DNA of 64,000 nucleotides from NCBI RefSeq assembly GCF_057098645.1, contig NZ_CM169472.1; one strand, 5' to 3'. Shown piece by piece: positions 59,059 to 64,000 of this stretch (position 1 is its first letter; each line of letters starts with the position of its first letter). The notes under the pieces were generated by a model. It saw only the letters and a program-made list of their open reading frames with translations, ran no database searches and was not told where the DNA came from. The position numbers and the translations under genes were made by a program.

Positions 59059-59167
59059 TTTAAGAGGTCAGTCCGCACGGAGCGAGGATTTACGGCGGTA
59101 TTCACTAAAAAGACTAATTGTTTAGCAGGCGGCCCCAGGGTTCTTCAAACGGGGCCACGGAGAGATA

Positions 59168-60031
59168 TCACTCTCCCTGCTGCTCCAGCGCATACTTATA
59201 CAGCGCGTTTTTCTTCACGCCGTGAATCTCTGCCGCCAGCGCCGCCGCTTTCTTCAGCGGCAGTTCTGCCTGTAACAGAGCCAGCGTACGCAGCGCATCG
59301 GCGGGTAAGTCTTCTTCCTGTGCTTTATGGCCTTCGACAATCAGCACCATTTCGCCTTTGCGGCGGTTTTCATCTTCCTTTACCCACGCCAGCAGCTCGC
59401 CAACGGGCGCGCCGTGAATGGTTTCCCAGGTTTTGGTTAGCTCACGCGCCAGAACCACATAACGGGATTCGCCTAATACCGCAACGATATCTTCCAGGCT
59501 ATCTAACAGACGGTGGGTAGATTCATAAAAAATCAGCGTGCGCGGCTCCGCTTCAATGGCTTTTAGCGCATCACGGCGGCCTTTTGATTTGGCAGGTAAA
59601 AAGCCTTCGTAACAGAAACGGTCAGAGGGTAAACCCGCGGCGCTTAACGCAGTGATAGCAGCACACGGTCCGGGTAGCGGCACCACACGAATCCCCGCTT
59701 CACGGCAGGTACGCACCAGATGGTAGCCAGGATCGTTAATTAGCGGCGTTCCGGCATCGGAAACCAGCGCAATGTTTTGCCCCTCTTGCAGCTTCGCCAG
59801 CAGCGTTTCGGCTTTTTGTTGTTCGTTATGGTCGTGCAGCGCAAACAACCGGGCATTAATCCCAAAATGTTGCAGCAATAAACCGGTGTGACGAGTATCC
59901 TCGGCGGCAATCAGATCAACGGCCTGTAATACCTCTAACGCACGCTGGGTGATATCCGCCAGATTGCCGATTGGCGTCGGTACAATGTAAAGCTGGCCCT
60001 GAGAATTATCCGCCGATTGGTGTTGTTTCAT
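59168..60031 (-). CDS. rsmI: 16S rRNA (cytidine1402-2'-O)-methyltransferase RsmI
   Basis: 287-aa ORF matching RsmI/YraL. Confidence 0.9.
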
Positions 60032-60095
60032 TGTGTCGTCCGTATTGCCGATTTAATATTGAGCATTGCGTAAAAAAAATATCACTGGATACATT

Positions 60096-62132
60096 ATGGT
60101 ACCCTCAACATTTTCTCGTTTGAAAGCCGCGCGTTGTCTGCCTGTTGTTCTGGCAGCCCTGATTTTCGCCGGTTGTGGCACCCATACTCCCGATCAGTCC
60201 ACTGCTTATATGCAGGGCACGGCGCAGGCTGATTCTGCCTTTTATCTTCAGCAGATGCAGCAAAGCTCTGATGATACCAGGATCAACTGGCAATTACTCG
60301 CCATTCGTGCACTGGTGAAAGAAGGTAAAACCGGGCAGGCGGTTGAGTTGTTTAACCAACTACCGCAAGAACTGAACGATTCTCAGCGTCGCGAGAAAAC
60401 ACTGCTGGCGGTAGAGATTAAACTGGCGCAGAAAGATTTTGCTGGCGCGCAAAACTTGCTGGCGAAAATTACACCCGCCGATTTAGAACAAAACCAGCAA
60501 GCGCGTTACTGGCAGGCAAAAATCGATGCCAGCCAGGGGCGTCCTTCCATTGATTTACTGCGCGCGTTAATTGCTCAGGAACCGCTGCTTGGCGCGAAAG
60601 AAAAACAGCAGAATATTGATGCCACCTGGCAGGCGTTCTCCTCCATGACTCAGGAACAGGCGAATACGCTGGTGATCAACGCCGACGAAAATATTCTGCA
60701 AGGCTGGCTGGATCTGCAGCGCGTCTGGTTTGATAACCGTAACGATCCCGACATGATGAAAGCCGGGATCGCCGACTGGCAGAAACGTTATCCGAACAAC
60801 CCGGGCGCGAAAATGCTGCCAACGCAGTTGGTTAACGTAAAAGCGTTTAAACCAGCCTCGACCAACAAAATCGCCCTGCTGTTGCCACTGAATGGCCAGG
60901 CAGCGGTATTTGGTCGCACTATTCAGCAAGGCTTTGAAGCGGCGAAAAATATCGGCACTCAGCCAGTGGCAGCTCAGGTAGCTGCCGCACCTGCCGCAGA
61001 CGTAGCAGAACAACCTCAACCGCAAACCGTGGATGGCGTTGCCAGCCCGGCACAAGCCTCGGTTAGCGATCTGACCGGTGAACAGCCTGCAGCCCAGCCG
61101 GTGCCTGTAAGCGCCCCGGCGACAAGCACCGCAGCGGTAAGCGCACCCGCAAATCCATCCTCAGAGCTGAAAATCTACGATACCTCATCACAACCACTTA
61201 GCCAGATCTTAAGCCAGGTTCAGCAGGATGGCGCGAGTATTGTGGTCGGTCCGTTGCTGAAAAATAACGTTGAAGAGTTGCTGAAGAGCAACACTCCGCT
61301 GAACGTACTGGCACTGAACCAGCCGGAGAATATCGAAAATCGCGTCAATATTTGTTACTTCGCGCTTTCACCGGAAGACGAAGCGCGCGATGCAGCGCGT
61401 CATATTCGTGACCAGGGTAAACAAGCGCCGCTGGTGCTGATCCCACGCAGTTCATTGGGCGATCGCGTAGCCAATGCGTTTGCGCAAGAGTGGCAGAAAC
61501 TGGGCGGCGGCACCGTTCTGCAACAAAAATTTGGTTCCACCAGCGAATTACGCGCGGGTGTTAACGGCGGTTCTGGTATCGCTTTAACGGGTACCCCGAT
61601 TACTCCCAGAGCGACAACCGACTCCGGCATGACGACCAACAATCCAACGCTGCAAACCACGCCAACCGATGACCAGTTCACCAATAATGGCGGTCGTGTC
61701 GATGCGGTGTACATTGTGGCAACGCCGGGTGAAATCGCTTTTATCAAACCGATGATCGCCATGCGTAACGGTAGCCAGAGCGGTGCAACGCTGTACGCCA
61801 GCTCCCGCAGTGCGCAAGGGACCGCTGGCCCGGATTTCCGACTGGAGATGGAAGGCTTGCAGTACAGCGAAATCCCGATGCTGGCAGGCGGTAATCTACC
61901 GTTAATGCAGCAGGCACTCAGCGCGGTGAATAACGATTATTCACTGGCTCGCATGTATGCGATGGGCGTCGATGCCTGGTCGCTGGCAAATCATTTCTCA
62001 CAAATGCGCCAGGTTCAGGGTTTTGAAATCAACGGTAATACCGGAAGCCTGACGGCTAACCCGGATTGCGTGATTAACAGGAAGTTATCATGGCTACAGT
62101 ACCAACAAGGTCAGGTAGTCCCCGCCAGTTAA
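60096..62132 (+). CDS. lpoA: LpoA, outer-membrane lipoprotein activator of PBP1A
   Basis: ORF 60066..62132 trimmed to [27 protein letters not shown] (lipobox); low-complexity Pro/Ala/Gln linker. Confidence 0.9.
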   Translation: MVPSTFSRLKAARCLPVVLAALIFAGCGTHTPDQSTAYMQGTAQADSAFYLQQMQQSSDDTRINWQLLAIRALVKEGKTGQAVELFNQLPQELNDSQRREKTLLAVEIKLAQKDFAGAQNLLAKITPADLEQNQQARYWQAKIDASQGRPSIDLLRALIAQEPLLGAKEKQQNIDATWQAFSSMTQEQANTLVINADENILQGWLDLQRVWFDNRNDPDMMKAGIADWQKRYPNNPGAKMLPTQLVNVKAFKPASTNKIALLLPLNGQAAVFGRTIQQGFEAAKNIGTQPVAAQVAAAPAADVAEQPQPQTVDGVASPAQASVSDLTGEQPAAQPVPVSAPATSTAAVSAPANPSSELKIYDTSSQPLSQILSQVQQDGASIVVGPLLKNNVEELLKSNTPLNVLALNQPENIENRVNICYFALSPEDEARDAARHIRDQGKQAPLVLIPRSSLGDRVANAFAQEWQKLGGGTVLQQKFGSTSELRAGVNGGSGIALTGTPITPRATTDSGMTTNNPTLQTTPTDDQFTNNGGRVDAVYIVATPGEIAFIKPMIAMRNGSQSGATLYASSRSAQGTAGPDFRLEMEGLQYSEIPMLAGGNLPLMQQALSAVNNDYSLARMYAMGVDAWSLANHFSQMRQVQGFEINGNTGSLTANPDCVINRKLSWLQYQQGQVVPAS

Positions 62133-62485
62133 CCACCAAACAGACCGGCGATGCGTGGGAAGTACAAGCGCGTCGCTGGCTGGAAGGCAAAGGACTGCGA
62201 TTTGTCGCCGCTAACGTGAACGAGCGTGGCGGCGAGATCGATCTGATAATGCGTGAAGGCCGGACCACCGTTTTTGTCGAGGTGCGTTACCGCCGTTCTG
62301 CGCTTTATGGCGGCGCGGCAGCCAGTGTGACCCGCAGCAAACAACACAAATTATTACAGACTGCCCGCTTGTGGCTCGCGCGTCATAATGGGAGTTTTGA
62401 TACTGTGGATTGCCGGTTCGATGTGGTAGCCTTCACCGGGAATGAGGTTGAGTGGATTAAGGATGCCTTTAATGACCACTCATAA
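62090..62485 (+). CDS. yraN: YraN, UPF0102 protein; overlaps the lpoA 3' end
   Basis: 131-aa ORF. Confidence 0.85.
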   Translation: MATVPTRSGSPRQLTTKQTGDAWEVQARRWLEGKGLRFVAANVNERGGEIDLIMREGRTTVFVEVRYRRSALYGGAAASVTRSKQHKLLQTARLWLARHNGSFDTVDCRFDVVAFTGNEVEWIKDAFNDHS

Positions 62486-62504
62486 TTAAGGTTTAAGGAT
62501 TAGC

Positions 62505-63095
62505 GTGCAAGAAAGAATTAAAGCTTGCTTCACTGAAAGCATTCAAACTCAAATTGCGGCGGCAGAGGCGCTTCCGGATGCCATCTCCCGTGCGGCCATG
62601 ACGCTGGTTCAGTCTCTGCTCAATGGCAACAAAATCCTCTGTTGTGGTAATGGAACTTCCGCTGCCAATGCACAGCATTTTGCTGCCAGCATGATCAACC
62701 GTTTCGAAACGGAGCGGCCCAGCTTACCTGCCATTGCACTAAATACTGATAATGTTGTCTTAACGGCGATTGCCAACGATCGCTTACATGATGAAGTGTA
62801 TGCAAAACAGGTGCGGGCGCTGGGTCATGCGGGAGATGTATTGTTAGCCATTTCCACCCGTGGCAACAGCCGCGATATTGTAAAAGCGGTAGAAGCTGCC
62901 GTTACGCGTGATATGACCATTGTGGCATTGACCGGCTATGACGGCGGTGAACTTGCAGGTTTGTTAGGGCCACAGGATGTGGAGATCCGCATCCCTTCGC
63001 ATCGCAGTGCTCGCATTCAGGAAATGCATATGCTGACGGTAAATTGCCTGTGCGATCTGATCGATAACACGCTTTTCCCTCACCAGGATGATTAA
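62505..63095 (+). CDS. diaA: DiaA, DnaA initiator-associating protein (SIS domain)
   Basis: 196-aa ORF. Confidence 0.9.
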
Positions 63096-63104
63096 GGAGA
63101 ATAC

Positions 63105-63680
63105 ATGAAGGCATTATCGCCAATCGCAGTCCTTATTTCCGCGCTGCTGTTGCAAGGTTGTGTTGCCGCTGCCGTAGTGGGTACTGCTGCTGTGGGTACC
63201 AAAGCCGCAACTGACCCACGCAGTGTCGGCACCCAGGTGGACGATGGTACCCTGGAAGTGCGCGTGAACAGCGCATTGTCGAAAGACGAACAGATTAAGA
63301 AAGAAACCCGTATTAATGTAACGGCGTATCAGGGCAAAGTACTGCTGGTAGGGCAGTCACCAAACTCTGAACTTTCGGCTCGCGCCAAACAAATTGCGAT
63401 GGGCGTAGACGGTGCCAACGAAGTGTATAACGAGATTCGTCAGGGCCAGCCGATTGGTCTGGGCGAAGCGTCTAACGATACGTGGATCACCACCAAAGTG
63501 CGTTCGCAGCTCTTAACCAGCGACCTGGTGAAATCGTCCAACGTGAAAGTGACCACCGAAAACGGTGAAGTGTTCCTGATGGGGCTGGTGACTGAACGTG
63601 AAGCGAAAGCGGCGGCAGATATTGCCAGCCGGGTGAGCGGCGTGAAGCGGGTAACTACGGCGTTTACGTTTATTAAATAG
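63105..63680 (+). CDS. dolP: DolP (YraP), BON-domain outer-membrane lipoprotein
   Basis: 191-aa ORF with lipobox LLLQGC. Confidence 0.9.
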   Translation: MKALSPIAVLISALLLQGCVAAAVVGTAAVGTKAATDPRSVGTQVDDGTLEVRVNSALSKDEQIKKETRINVTAYQGKVLLVGQSPNSELSARAKQIAMGVDGANEVYNEIRQGQPIGLGEASNDTWITTKVRSQLLTSDLVKSSNVKVTTENGEVFLMGLVTEREAKAAADIASRVSGVKRVTTAFTFIK

Positions 63681-63694
63681 CAGCCCCTTGTAAT

Positions 63695-63779
63695 GCCTGA
63701 TGCGACGCTTGCCGCGTCTTATCAGGCCTACAACGATGCAAACCGTAGGTCGGATAAGGCGTTTACGCCGCATCCGACA
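63695..63779. repeat. REP/BIME elements
   Basis: gcctgatgcgacgcttgccgcgtcttatcaggcctac and taggtcggataaggcgtttacgccgcatccgaca. Confidence 0.6.
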
Positions 63780-63793
63780 TGTTTTCCCTCAAA

Positions 63794-64000
63794 TCAGAAT
63801 AACAGCGCCAGCCCGCCGACAATCACACCAGACACTGCCACCATCGCCCCTGTCAGCCATAAGGCTTTCGCCGGGAACGCTTTGCGCAGCATAATCAGTG
63901 ACGGCAAACTCACCGCCGGGAGCGTCATCAACAATGCCAGCGCCGGAGCAGTTCCCATACCTGCCAGCATCATCGTTTGTACAATCGGAATTTCTGCTGC
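63794..64000 (-). CDS. yraQ: YraQ permease, 3' end only (gene runs off the window edge)
   Basis: Reverse complement translates to ..AAEIPIVQTMMLAGMGTAPALALLMTLPAVSLPSLIMLRKAFPAKALWLTGAMVAVSGVIVGGLALLF then stop; not in the ORF track because the start lies outside. Confidence 0.65.
   Translation of the reverse strand, partial: AAEIPIVQTMMLAGMGTAPALALLMTLPAVSLPSLIMLRKAFPAKALWLTGAMVAVSGVIVGGLALLF

Noticed and set aside
53900-59167. Accessory region as a phage-defence or mobile genomic island
   Set aside because: No integrase, recombinase, tRNA attachment site, direct-repeat boundaries or nuclease/helicase/ATPase genes typical of defence systems; contents look metabolic (PTS transporter, C-S lyase) plus a regulator-hydrolase pair.

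Overview
The window reads as an Escherichia coli chromosomal segment collinear with the K-12 interval higA-rlmG-ygjPQR-alx-sstT-ygjV-uxaAC-exuTR-yqjA..yqjG-yhaH..yhaL-cyuAP-tdcGFEDCBAR-yhaBC-rnpB-garKRLPD-prlF/yhaV-aga cluster-rsmI-lpoA-yraN-diaA-dolP-yraQ. Gene identities come from reading the supplied ORF translations against remembered E. coli protein sequences; no database search was run. I found no CRISPR array, tRNA, integrase, prophage or recognisable defence island. What departs from the K-12 layout as I recall it: (1) an IS2 copy with a 5-bp CCTAG target duplication splits the higB toxin gene; (2) the yhaV toxin gene has an in-frame TAG at codon 41 while prlF is intact; (3) yqjG is frameshifted at an A-run; (4) the aga cluster has full-length agaW-agaE-agaF-agaA, so this is not a K-12 lineage; (5) a visibly AT-rich two-gene cassette (MalX-like PTS EIICB plus MalY-like PLP C-S lyase) sits between kbaY and agaB; (6) agaB is cut after about 47 codons and the DNA up to rsmI holds a LysR-type regulator divergent from a secreted metallo-beta-lactamase-fold hydrolase, instead of agaCDI and yraHIJK. 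The accessory DNA between kbaY and rsmI is the best candidate for new biology here, but both gene pairs belong to familiar families and I cannot claim a genuinely undescribed system from sequence alone. Also present: rnpB with two tandem 113-bp terminator-bearing repeats, the structured alx leader, a GC-rich palindromic element between alx and sstT, and several REP/BIME clusters.
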